Assembly (NCBI GenBank): GCA_017442305.1
Contig: JAFRZY010000006.1
Location: forward strand, 41,538 to 105,537
Source: Bacilli bacterium
GTDB lineage: Bacteria; Bacillota_I; Bacilli_A; RF39; UBA660
Direction of reading: 5' to 3'
DNA length: 64,000 bases
Within the stretch, counting starts at the first letter, position 1, and each line of letters starts with the position of its first letter. The notes beneath the pieces are model-generated. The model was not told the DNA's origin. It searched no databases and was given only the letters and a program-made list of their open reading frames with translations. Below are positions 10,360 through 18,350 of this stretch, piece by piece. Made by a program: the position numbers and the translations under genes.

Positions 10360-11070
10360 TTAAATACTGTCTTTTAATTGTTTTTTGATTTTTTTTACTT
10401 TCTTTCGTAATTCTTTTTCCGCATTTTTAATTTTAACTTGCAAATCAGGGAAAGCATTATGCAAACGTTTAACAAGAATTGATTTTTCTAATAATATTTC
10501 ATGCACTTTTTCACTTATTTGTTCAGTACTATCTTTAGCAACTGTTATTATGGTATTTTTGAAAGTGTATATGATTTGAAAGGAGATAATATTATCAATT
10601 ATAAAAATTAAAAATAAAATAATTGTGATTAAATATAAATTATTAAAAGATATTTTATTAATTAAAGATAACAAATAAGGATTAACGATATAAATAATAA
10701 CTATGCCTAAGATACCAAACGCTAACATGTATTCTAGGCACACACGACCGTTAATGTTAACTTTTCGGTCAGAATAGTCCCACCAACGAGCTTTAAATAG
10801 TTTTTCCATAATATAACTAGTTGCATATTCTAATCCTGAACATATAATTAAAGACATAAAGAACAATATAATAGGATTTTTAGAAAAGTTTTGTAAACAA
10901 ATTGTTATAAGAATGCACCCTATTCCATAAATTGGACAATAGGGACCTATTAAAAATCCACGGTTTATAAATCTTTTATTTCTAATTAATCCAATACATA
11001 CTTCCATTAGCCAGCCTATAAAAGAATATAGCAAAAATAACAAGAAATAAACACAAAACAAATTCATCAT
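10360..11070 (-). CDS. polytopic membrane protein, CmpB/DUF1113-like
   Basis: FLLYSFIGWLMEV and GPYCPIYG motifs characteristic of PF06541-type membrane proteins. Confidence 0.4.
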   Translation of the reverse strand: MMNLFCVYFLLFLLYSFIGWLMEVCIGLIRNKRFINRGFLIGPYCPIYGIGCILITICLQNFSKNPIILFFMSLIICSGLEYATSYIMEKLFKARWWDYSDRKVNINGRVCLEYMLAFGILGIVIIYIVNPYLLSLINKISFNNLYLITIILFLIFIIDNIISFQIIYTFKNTIITVAKDSTEQISEKVHEILLEKSILVKRLHNAFPDLQVKIKNAEKELRKKVKKIKKQLKDSI

Positions 11071-11163
11071 ATCACCTACATAGAGTAATTATAGACTCTA
11101 CTAATAGTGTTGTCAATTTAAGAATATTTTATCACCTCTTTCCTTTTTCAATATATCTTATGC

Positions 11164-11198
11164 AAAAAAAAGACAAGCTATCATTATGCTTGTCTATA
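11164..11198 (-). terminator. rho-independent terminator of the TasA-like gene
   Basis: Hairpin AGACAAGC...GCTTGTCT followed by a T-tract on the minus strand. Confidence 0.6.
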
Positions 11199-11200
11199 AT

Positions 11201-13090
11201 TTATTCCATTACTATTTCGTAAGGTGTATTTGTATCTATTCGACCATCTCCAGTAAATTTAACGTCTGCTTTTAAGTTAATTACAGGACGAACTTTACGA
11301 CTATCCCCGATTGTTGCATCATAATTTGAAATAGAACCATTTGCAGAAACATAATATACATATAACCCATCATCAAAATCACCTACATCAAGAAAGTAGC
11401 TAGGAGTGGATGTCCAAAACGCTTCGTTACTATATAAATAATGTGTTGCATTGGAAACTACTCCGCCAGCCATTAGTACTTCATCAGCAGTTAATAATCC
11501 TATAGGTTTATCTAATAGACCATTCCCTTTCCCTTCACTTTTTGTATATCTATCGCTCTTATTTGTACATATTAATTTTGGGGCTCTGTTTCGATAAATT
11601 CTAGTATATGGATTAAAGTATACTTCACTCCATCCACTTGAACTAGGATCGGTTATTTCATTGTAATGTTCATCCCAATATCGCCCGATTGATATTTCAC
11701 GGTCATTACAGAATATTCCATCTGCTATATATTTGCCATATGTTTCCTCCAAATTATCTTCGTACCATTTATCTACTACTCCTTTGATTATACTATCCAC
11801 TTGTATTCCGTTACCATCATCATATGTATATCCGACATATTTAGAATTATAATATCCAGTGTTATAAATCGCATCTGCGATTGTCGCTGTATGTGCTACA
11901 CCATTTGCTACAGGCGCTGTTCCATCATAAACAAGCCGGATTGTACCATCGCCATTAATTCTTACAATTCGCCAATACATTGGCATTTCCTCGACATATG
12001 TTACATCGTTTACCGTACTTTCTGATGCATAACTCCCAAATTTTACGTAATTATTGGTTGGCGCTCCTCTAAAATAATATGATATGCCTAAGTCGTCTTG
12101 GGCTTTATATAAACCAGCATCACTTGCAGTCGTGCCTTCACTAAATCCATTGCTTCCTTTTATAGTTTTTGCTGTTACATAATTCCCACTTGTTCCAAAA
12201 TTTGTTACTTCATATATAGTTTGACTTTCATATGTTGAACTGACGTTTTTTATTGTGTATTTTCCACATGTTTTCGTTCCATTTCTACATTCTTCCAATG
12301 TTGCTTGTGTTAGTGTCCCTGATAATGTATAATATCCGATTTCTTTATCAAATTTATATGTTGTTCCATACCAATAACTGTTTGATGTTCCGACACTTGT
12401 TGATGCTGCTGTTATCGTTGAGGCATCTCCTTCTGTCCATTCTGCACTTAAACTTGTTATGGCATCTGCTCCTCCATAGTTAGAAAGTATATCATATGCT
12501 AATGTGCCTTCTTTATATGGATTAAATATTCCCTGACCTATTGTTACACTGATTTTACTTCTAAATGTTTTATTTTGTTCACTGATTGGGGCATTTGCAT
12601 CTATCCAGATGCGTAATTCATATGTTACAGCATCATCTTCTGTTTCGTCTGATGCGCCTGCTAATGTGCCATATGCAAGTTTATTTGATTCATATGCTTC
12701 ACTTATTGTTGGCTCTGCATTTCCTTCAGCAGTTAGTAGTTTTATTTCTTCGTTTAACGCTACTTTAATTGCGCTTGCTTTAATTGCGTTAGTACTATCT
12801 CCTATACTTTCCAAATTTACTTGATAATCAACAGATGTACTACAGTTATTTGTTACTGTAAATTCGTATGGCGTTAGTTTCATTCCTTCGGTATCACTTA
12901 ACGGAAATTGATCAATTAATTCAATATCATTCTTTTCACCACTTAATGATATATCTAAACATCCTGATGAGATTACATTTTGATTTGTTTGAGTCTTTGT
13001 TACTAACCAGTATGCATATGTTACTCCGATTATTACTAGGAGTACTGCTACTATACTTATTACAGTGATTACTGTTTTTTTATTCTTCAT
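11201..13090 (-). CDS. large secreted protein with TasA/camelysin-type N-terminal signal region and a conserved C-terminal domain of unknown function (paralog of 62925-64000)
   Basis: N-terminus KK-hydrophobic-GVTYAYW...SSGCLDISLS parallels the B. subtilis TasA GGGTWAAF...ASGTLDLS SipW-type signal region. C-terminal ~300 aa (YYFRG...WRIVRINGDGTIRLVYDGT...GIFCNDREI...LICTNKSDRYT...GLLTADE...RPVINLK...PYEIV) is shared with the ORF at the window end. Confidence 0.6.
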   Translation of the reverse strand: MKNKKTVITVISIVAVLLVIIGVTYAYWLVTKTQTNQNVISSGCLDISLSGEKNDIELIDQFPLSDTEGMKLTPYEFTVTNNCSTSVDYQVNLESIGDSTNAIKASAIKVALNEEIKLLTAEGNAEPTISEAYESNKLAYGTLAGASDETEDDAVTYELRIWIDANAPISEQNKTFRSKISVTIGQGIFNPYKEGTLAYDILSNYGGADAITSLSAEWTEGDASTITAASTSVGTSNSYWYGTTYKFDKEIGYYTLSGTLTQATLEECRNGTKTCGKYTIKNVSSTYESQTIYEVTNFGTSGNYVTAKTIKGSNGFSEGTTASDAGLYKAQDDLGISYYFRGAPTNNYVKFGSYASESTVNDVTYVEEMPMYWRIVRINGDGTIRLVYDGTAPVANGVAHTATIADAIYNTGYYNSKYVGYTYDDGNGIQVDSIIKGVVDKWYEDNLEETYGKYIADGIFCNDREISIGRYWDEHYNEITDPSSSGWSEVYFNPYTRIYRNRAPKLICTNKSDRYTKSEGKGNGLLDKPIGLLTADEVLMAGGVVSNATHYLYSNEAFWTSTPSYFLDVGDFDDGLYVYYVSANGSISNYDATIGDSRKVRPVINLKADVKFTGDGRIDTNTPYEIVME

Positions 13091-13149
13091 ACCTATCCGT
13101 CCTTCGTAAAATATATCATAGTTCTATTGTCATATTTTGTTACATTTTA

Positions 13150-13178
13150 ATAATATCAATTTAACATATCACTGTCAA
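13150..13178 (-). promoter_or_regulatory. sigma-A-type promoter P1 of the TasA-like gene (TTGACA-17-TATTAT)
   Basis: Minus-strand -35 TTGACA (plus 13173-13178), 17-nt spacer, -10 TATTAT (plus 13150-13155). Leader ~55 nt to ATG at 13090. Confidence 0.5.
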
Positions 13179-13186
13179 TGTGATAT
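13166..13186. promoter_or_regulatory. palindromic candidate operator ATATCAC-N7-GTGATAT overlapping the P1 -35
   Basis: Perfect 7-bp inverted repeat arms at 13166-13172 and 13180-13186. The spacer contains the -35 TTGACA. Confidence 0.4.
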
Positions 13187-13219
13187 CATCATTATGTCGT
13201 CTATCTATTTTACAAGGTA

Positions 13220-13247
13220 AGTATAATATACCCCCCCCGGCTGTCAA
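13220..13247 (-). promoter_or_regulatory. candidate promoter P2 with G8 homopolymer in the spacer (TTGACA-16-TATACT)
   Basis: Minus-strand -35 TTGACA (plus 13242-13247). Spacer GCC-G8-TATAT contains a C8/G8 run (13231-13238) that is exceptional in this AT-rich DNA. -10 TATACT (plus 13220-13225). Confidence 0.4.
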
Positions 13248-13258
13248 CTGTGGATAAC

Positions 13259-13283
13259 AAAAAAAGAACTATTTCTAGTTCTT
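13259..13283 (-). terminator. rho-independent terminator downstream of tRNA-Asn
   Basis: Hairpin AGAACTAG-AAA-TAGTTCT plus T5 on the minus strand. Confidence 0.6.
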
Positions 13284-13294
13284 TAGTTTTCTAA

Positions 13295-13370
13295 TGGCGC
13301 CTGATGCAGGACTCGAACCTGCGACCTAACGGTTAACAGTCGTGCGCTCTACCGACTGAGCTAATCAGGC
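13295..13370 (-). tRNA. tRNA-Asn (anticodon GTT), CCA encoded
   Basis: Acceptor GCCTGAT/ATCAGGC; D-arm GCTC-AGTCGGTA-GAGC; anticodon loop CTGTTAA; T-arm GCAGGTTCGAGTCCTGC. Anticodon stem imperfect (CACGA/CCGTT). Very similar to Firmicute tRNA-Asn. Upstream minus-strand promoter TTGACA-18-TATACT at ~13391-13420. Confidence 0.7.
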
Positions 13371-13454
13371 AAATTTCTGTGTACTCATAAAGTATATAAT
13401 AAATCATATTATTTTGTCAACTAAAATTTACCAAAAATAGTAAGAAAAAGTATC

Positions 13455-13886
13455 CTAGAGATACTTTTTCAATTCATCTAAGTTATGTTGTTCTGTTGCA
13501 AGTAGTTTTTTTGCTAAAGATACAATTTCTTCATCAGCATCATCATAGTGATTTATTTTTTCTGTTATTTCGATTATGCCTTTATTACTTCCTTCGATCA
13601 TCATTTTAGCAATAGCGTTATTTTCGCCTTTTTTAGACATCATCATCATTTCAGTCATCATATAAGAAGTTATTTTAGTTATCTTACCTAATTCTTTTTC
13701 TTCTTTACCATACTTTTTATAAATTTCTTTTGCTTCATTTAAAATAGTATCATATTCTTCTTTTTGTTCTTCCATTAAATTGGCTAATGAAGCATTATCT
13801 ACTCTATCAACTATTTGATTAATACCATTTACACCCATTTCTGCATTTTGATAAATATAGTCTAAAAATTCTATATTTTTATTCAT
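13455..13886 (-). CDS. hypothetical helical protein (143 aa)
   Basis: ORF with Met-rich helical segment TSYMMTEMMMMSKK. No confident family. Palindromic terminator at 13427-13452. Confidence 0.45.
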   Translation of the reverse strand: MNKNIEFLDYIYQNAEMGVNGINQIVDRVDNASLANLMEEQKEEYDTILNEAKEIYKKYGKEEKELGKITKITSYMMTEMMMMSKKGENNAIAKMMIEGSNKGIIEITEKINHYDDADEEIVSLAKKLLATEQHNLDELKKYL

Positions 13887-13926
13887 AAAAAATCACCCAT
13901 TAATATTATGAGTGATTTTTTTGTTT

Positions 13927-15561
13927 TTATACCTCTTGTACTACCGCAATTATCATTGGTTTACATTCAGTTTCTTGATATAAATATCTACTTAATTCTT
14001 CTCTAATTTCTACCTTGATATTATTATAATCTACATAAGTTGGAGTAATATTTCTTTCTATAATTACTTCACATATTTTTTTGATTTCTGCAATCATTTC
14101 TGATGAATCTTTAATATAAATAAAACCTCTAGTAGTAACTTCTGGACCTACTAATAATACTTTATCTTTTTTACTTACTGTTGCGCTTATTAAAACAATA
14201 CCATTTTCACTTAACATTTCACGATCTTTAATAACTAGTTCTCCTACATCATCACTACTTTTACCATCAATTAAAATATCATTAACTTTAATGTGTTCGA
14301 AATTGTCAACATATTCACCATTTTCAATTGTTACTACATCCCCATTTTGTTTTAAGAAGATGTTTTCTGGTTTCATTCCTAGTGATGTTGCCAAATTAGC
14401 ATTGCCTACTAAATAACGATATTCTCCTTTTATTGGCATATAGTATTTAGGATTCATAAGCTTTAACATTAGCATTAAGTCTTCACTTGATGCATGATGT
14501 AAAATAGATTTATCTTTTGGTAATGAAATAATATTACAGCCATACATAGCTAAATCATTTTCAATTTTAACTAAAGCTTTTTCTGTACTATCATATCTTG
14601 GTTCCGCAAATACTACCGAATCAGTTGGTTTTAATTTTATGAATTTATCATATCCATTAATAATTTTGTTCATTGTTGAATATGGATTTGCTTTATCATC
14701 ACATACAAGTAAAATACTATCTTTATCATCAATATTAGATAAATCTCCTAAAATGTCATCATTAAAATGTAAGTAACCTTCTTTTTTGCCAAAACTTACT
14801 ACATTCTGAAGTTTTTTACCCATAGTTATTACTTTACGATGTGTATTTTCTGCTCCATTAAATATATCTTGGATAGTATATAAATGCGTAGGTAATACCA
14901 TTATAATTAGTCTATTTTCTACTCGATTAATAACATCTTTAAAAAATGAAGTTAATCGATGATTTGGTGATGTATGGCCAATATGTTCAGAAAAAACAGA
15001 TTCACTTAATAAACAAAGCACTCCTTGTTTTCCAACATACGCAATTTTTCCCAAATCCATATCATAGGCGCCATTCATAGACGGATCAATAATAAAGTCT
15101 CCAGTATAACAAATTGCTCCGTCTTTAGTATTTAAAACATACATAACAGAATCTGGACAACTATGTGATACAGTTATTGGAAAAATACTTGTCTCACCAA
15201 AGCTAATTTTTTTATGCGGTTTTACATCAATTATTGAACTTTCATTTACGCCTTCTTCAACCAAAACATATTTTGTAAATTTCGTAGCGTAAATCTTAAC
15301 TTCTGGAATATCTTTTAAAAGATCTACTACTCCGCCCATATTTTCAAAATGACCATGAGTTAAAAATACTCCTTTAATTCGATTTTTATTTTTTATTAGA
15401 TAATCAAAATCTGGTATTACGTAATCAATTCCATAAAGGTTGCCACTTGCATACTTTAAACCACAATCAAAAACAAATAGTGATTCATCTACTTCAACTA
15501 TATAGGTGTTTTTGCCATTTTCATCTAATCCACCCAAACTAAAAATTTTAATTTTACTCAT
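13927..15561 (-). CDS. rnj: RNase J-family metallo-beta-lactamase/beta-CASP protein with degenerate catalytic motifs (RNase J2-like)
   Basis: Collinear with B. subtilis RNase J1 over the full length (IFSLGGLDENGKN..., CLLSES, YTGDFIID, PIKGEYRY, C-terminal domain). Motif II reads HGHFENMGG instead of HGHEDHIGG. Beta-CASP motif C reads PIKGE instead of PIHGE. Confidence 0.85.
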   Translation of the reverse strand: MSKIKIFSLGGLDENGKNTYIVEVDESLFVFDCGLKYASGNLYGIDYVIPDFDYLIKNKNRIKGVFLTHGHFENMGGVVDLLKDIPEVKIYATKFTKYVLVEEGVNESSIIDVKPHKKISFGETSIFPITVSHSCPDSVMYVLNTKDGAICYTGDFIIDPSMNGAYDMDLGKIAYVGKQGVLCLLSESVFSEHIGHTSPNHRLTSFFKDVINRVENRLIIMVLPTHLYTIQDIFNGAENTHRKVITMGKKLQNVVSFGKKEGYLHFNDDILGDLSNIDDKDSILLVCDDKANPYSTMNKIINGYDKFIKLKPTDSVVFAEPRYDSTEKALVKIENDLAMYGCNIISLPKDKSILHHASSEDLMLMLKLMNPKYYMPIKGEYRYLVGNANLATSLGMKPENIFLKQNGDVVTIENGEYVDNFEHIKVNDILIDGKSSDDVGELVIKDREMLSENGIVLISATVSKKDKVLLVGPEVTTRGFIYIKDSSEMIAEIKKICEVIIERNITPTYVDYNNIKVEIREELSRYLYQETECKPMIIAVVQEV

Positions 15562-15639
15562 TTTTCCACTCTTTTCTTATATTTAAATTAAAAGTTCTTC
15601 GAATGAGTTAATTATAGCAAAAAAAAGAAAATAAAGCAA

Positions 15640-16419
15640 TTAATTATTTTCTTCTGTTATAAGTTCGCTTAAATAGACAATTTTTAAATCTTGATATTTA
15701 ATTTGATTAATTAATAAAATAAAATCTTCTAATTTAGCAGTGCTTTTTATTAAAATAATATCTCCGCTTTCTAATCTTTTCTTTATCGATGCAAGATTAA
15801 CACTGTTAAGTTCCATTGAACTACTTACTAAATAATTTTCTTTTTCAATACATTTTTCTTTATTTGCCATTTCCACATAACAAATATGCTTATTAAGTTT
15901 TGCTTTATTTAAAAGAGATTCTAATTTTTCAAAATTATTAACATCACTATTAATAATTTCCAGTTTATCTTGTTCTTGATAATTTTCAATATTCATTAAA
16001 ATATTAGCTTTGATATTATTTTCTTTTAAGTAATTTATAATTTGGGAATTATCTTCCAAAATAAAAGAAACACTTTTTTTAAGCTTATTCCCTTTTTTTA
16101 TTATTTTATTTTTATTATTTTCAAGACTAATTTCTGGCGGTACTTGATCAAATACTAAATAGTATGAATTAAATACTTCAAAAGATTTCATTTTATCATA
16201 ACTTTTTTTTACGTTAACTGCAAGTCCGTTGATACCAGGAATTATATATTCATTTATTACCTCTGCATCTATACTAGATACAAACAAATTATTTTTAGCA
16301 TCATTTATACTAGTCATAATCGGACTTTTATTTTGAACATATAGTGCTATTTTTTCAGTATAAAAAAAACTGAAAAGCATAATAGCGCACAATCCAAAAA
16401 ACTTAAAGAATTTTTTCAT
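15640..16419 (-). CDS. membrane-anchored hypothetical protein, possibly a degenerate polysaccharide-deacetylase-like sporulation protein (YlxY/PdaB-like)
   Basis: N-terminal TM. Weak resemblance to NodB-type deacetylases (VFDQ for TFDD; GDIILIK for GxIxLxH), but catalytic His residues are missing. The B. subtilis ylxY/rnjB neighbourhood is similar. Confidence 0.25.
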   Translation of the reverse strand: MKKFFKFFGLCAIMLFSFFYTEKIALYVQNKSPIMTSINDAKNNLFVSSIDAEVINEYIIPGINGLAVNVKKSYDKMKSFEVFNSYYLVFDQVPPEISLENNKNKIIKKGNKLKKSVSFILEDNSQIINYLKENNIKANILMNIENYQEQDKLEIINSDVNNFEKLESLLNKAKLNKHICYVEMANKEKCIEKENYLVSSSMELNSVNLASIKKRLESGDIILIKSTAKLEDFILLINQIKYQDLKIVYLSELITEENN

Positions 16420-16470
16420 TATTTCACCTATTAATAATATATGAAAAAAGATTAGTTTTTTAACTAATCT

Positions 16471-16869
16471 TTAGCCAATTTTATTCTTAATTAAATCTGC
16501 GCCTCTTTTAGGATCATCTAATAAAATATCATATACAAATTTATTTTTCTTTAACTCATCTAAAAACAATAATTCTTCATTTGTTAAAGTCCTATAGTTT
16601 GTTTCATGATTTTCTACAACTTTAATTAAATTATCAGTTCCAAGTAAATAATCAGCACTTACTCCAAATAAATGCATTAAATCTATTATAGTTTCTAAGG
16701 CTGGATTTCTTGTACCGTTTTCATAACAACAAATTGAAGATTTACTTACTCCTAAAATTTCTCCTAATTCAGTTTGACTAAGATTCTTTGCTTTTCTTAA
16801 TTCCTTTAATCTTTTACCATTTATCATAAGCATCACCAACAAAATAAGTATATCTTTTATTATTTGCAA
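16471..16869 (-). CDS. XRE-family HTH transcriptional regulator
   Basis: HTH LSQTELGEILGVSKSSICCYENG. True start probably at the internal Met (MINGKRLKELR). C-terminal extension after the HTH. Confidence 0.7.
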   Translation of the reverse strand: MQIIKDILILLVMLMINGKRLKELRKAKNLSQTELGEILGVSKSSICCYENGTRNPALETIIDLMHLFGVSADYLLGTDNLIKVVENHETNYRTLTNEELLFLDELKKNKFVYDILLDDPKRGADLIKNKIG

Positions 16870-16938
16870 AACGTCGCAATTCTACTCTTGGTAAATTTTA
16901 CCGTTGTTTTTAATGTTTACTTTATGTATAATTAAATT

Positions 16939-17139
16939 GTGATGATTATGAACAAATTAAAAGAATTAAGAATTAAGAATGGTTATACAATTGCGAAAAT
17001 AGCAAAATTAATTGGATTATCTCCCACTTATTATTGGCAATTAGAAAATAAACAAAGACGGCTATATTACGAAATAGCCATTAAAATAGCTAAAGTTTTT
17101 TCCTTAAAACCAGATGATGTTTTTTATGATGATTTATAA
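16939..17139 (+). CDS. small XRE-family HTH protein (Cro/SinR-like)
   Basis: 66 aa; HTH YTIAKIAKLIGLSPTYYWQLENKQR. Divergent from the other XRE gene across a 69-bp intergenic region. Confidence 0.65.
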   Translation: MMIMNKLKELRIKNGYTIAKIAKLIGLSPTYYWQLENKQRRLYYEIAIKIAKVFSLKPDDVFYDDL

Positions 17140-17170
17140 TAAAAAAGATACATTTTTTAATGTATCTTTT

Positions 17171-17725
17171 TTATAAAGAACTATTTGATTCTCTACTTCC
17201 TAAACTACTGTAAGAATTGATTTCTCCTGGTTCGGGATCCCTAAGCGGTTGGTCAGCAGCTTTATTGTATAGTCTGAATCTTTGAATATCATTTGACTTG
17301 CAATAAGTAAATTCTGTATATAAAATTCCGTATTTTTCTGTTTCAAATTGATTTGTTTTTACACCACTAAAACAATTTGCTCCAGATGTTACAGCATAAA
17401 ATTCAAGGTCAAAATCATCTAAAATTTCTTCTATTGATCCATACCAAGAATTCATAGTAATATCAACTCTTATCGCCTTAGAATTTTCCTCGTCTTCTGC
17501 TTTTTTAGATCCTACTAAAGCTATTATTGCAATAATAACAATAATGATTATTGCTCCAATATAAATTAATTTCTTCTTACCGTATTTCTTGGTAATATCA
17601 TTAGTAATATCTTTTATTTTTTCGATATTATCAGAAGAATCATTTAATTTATATCCGCAATGAATACAATTTTTTGCAGAATCACTTACTTCTTTACCAC
17701 ATTCAGGACAATTGATTAACGCCAT
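17171..17725 (-). CDS. zinc-ribbon domain membrane protein
   Basis: N-terminal CPECGK...CIHCG zinc ribbon, single TM (IYIGAIIIIVIIAIIALV), extracytoplasmic C-terminal domain. Confidence 0.5.
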   Translation of the reverse strand: MALINCPECGKEVSDSAKNCIHCGYKLNDSSDNIEKIKDITNDITKKYGKKKLIYIGAIIIIVIIAIIALVGSKKAEDEENSKAIRVDITMNSWYGSIEEILDDFDLEFYAVTSGANCFSGVKTNQFETEKYGILYTEFTYCKSNDIQRFRLYNKAADQPLRDPEPGEINSYSSLGSRESNSSL

Positions 17726-17820
17726 TTACCTCTACTCCTTCTACCTTAAAGTATATACCATATTTATCGATAAATCAATTATATTAATTGTTTATTTTGC
17801 TTCTTAATTAAAAAGAAAGA

Positions 17821-18189
17821 TTATTCACCTTTCTTATCTTTACTACTACTTTCATTAACTTCTTCTGTTTTTTTATTAGATGATAAAAAAGTTACTTTAT
17901 CCGCTATTACTTCCATAACATATTTCTTTTCATCATCTTTTTCATAGCTTCTTGTTTGGAGTCTGCCTTTTACACCAACTACATCTCCACAACGACAATA
18001 TTCATGTGTACTAGATGCAACTCCGTTCCATAAAATGCAACGAATAAAATCTGTTTCATACAAACCATCCATATTTTTATAGGCTCTTTGGACCGCGATT
18101 GTAATTGATGTCATTTTTTTGCCATTTTCCATAGTAACAATTTCTGGATCACTTGTTAAGCGACCGACCAAAACCACCTGATTCAACAT
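17821..18189 (-). CDS. ssb: single-stranded DNA-binding protein lacking the acidic C-terminal tail (SsbB-like)
   Basis: OB-fold N-terminus MLNQVVLVGRLTSDPEIV. 122 aa with no DDDIPF tail. Confidence 0.8.
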   Translation of the reverse strand: MLNQVVLVGRLTSDPEIVTMENGKKMTSITIAVQRAYKNMDGLYETDFIRCILWNGVASSTHEYCRCGDVVGVKGRLQTRSYEKDDEKKYVMEVIADKVTFLSSNKKTEEVNESSSKDKKGE

Positions 18190-18350
18190 ATAACCTCCTT
18201 TCTTAATTGCACTTTATCAGCAAATAAGAAAAGAGTCAAATTACAAAAATTGAATTTTTGAGGCTAATAAATTACAACATTTTTTGTTTTGTTAACAATA
18301 ATAAAAATTTGGAAAACAAAAAAATTACAAATTTAAATTTTTGTAATTTT

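Noticed and set aside
13295-13370. Possibility that tRNA-Asn is a pseudogene because the anticodon stem (CACGA/CCGTT) has only three Watson-Crick pairs
   Set aside because: Acceptor, D and T arms are perfect. The anticodon loop CTGTTAA and flanking sequence match Firmicute tRNA-Asn. A promoter (TTGACA-18-TATACT) and terminator flank it. Kept as a tRNA at reduced confidence; tRNAscan-SE would settle it.
15640-16419. Confident annotation as polysaccharide deacetylase YlxY/PdaB
   Set aside because: Synteny with the B. subtilis ylxY-rnjB region is suggestive, but the NodB catalytic motifs (TFDDG, HxxxH, RPPY, LxH) are not recognisable. Kept as a low-confidence, degenerate-like call.
18190-18350. 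ComK-box (AAAA-N5-TTTT pairs) upstream of the SsbB-like gene
   Set aside because: A/T runs are ubiquitous in this AT-rich intergenic DNA. The spacing pattern cannot be distinguished from background without a position weight matrix and a genome-wide null.
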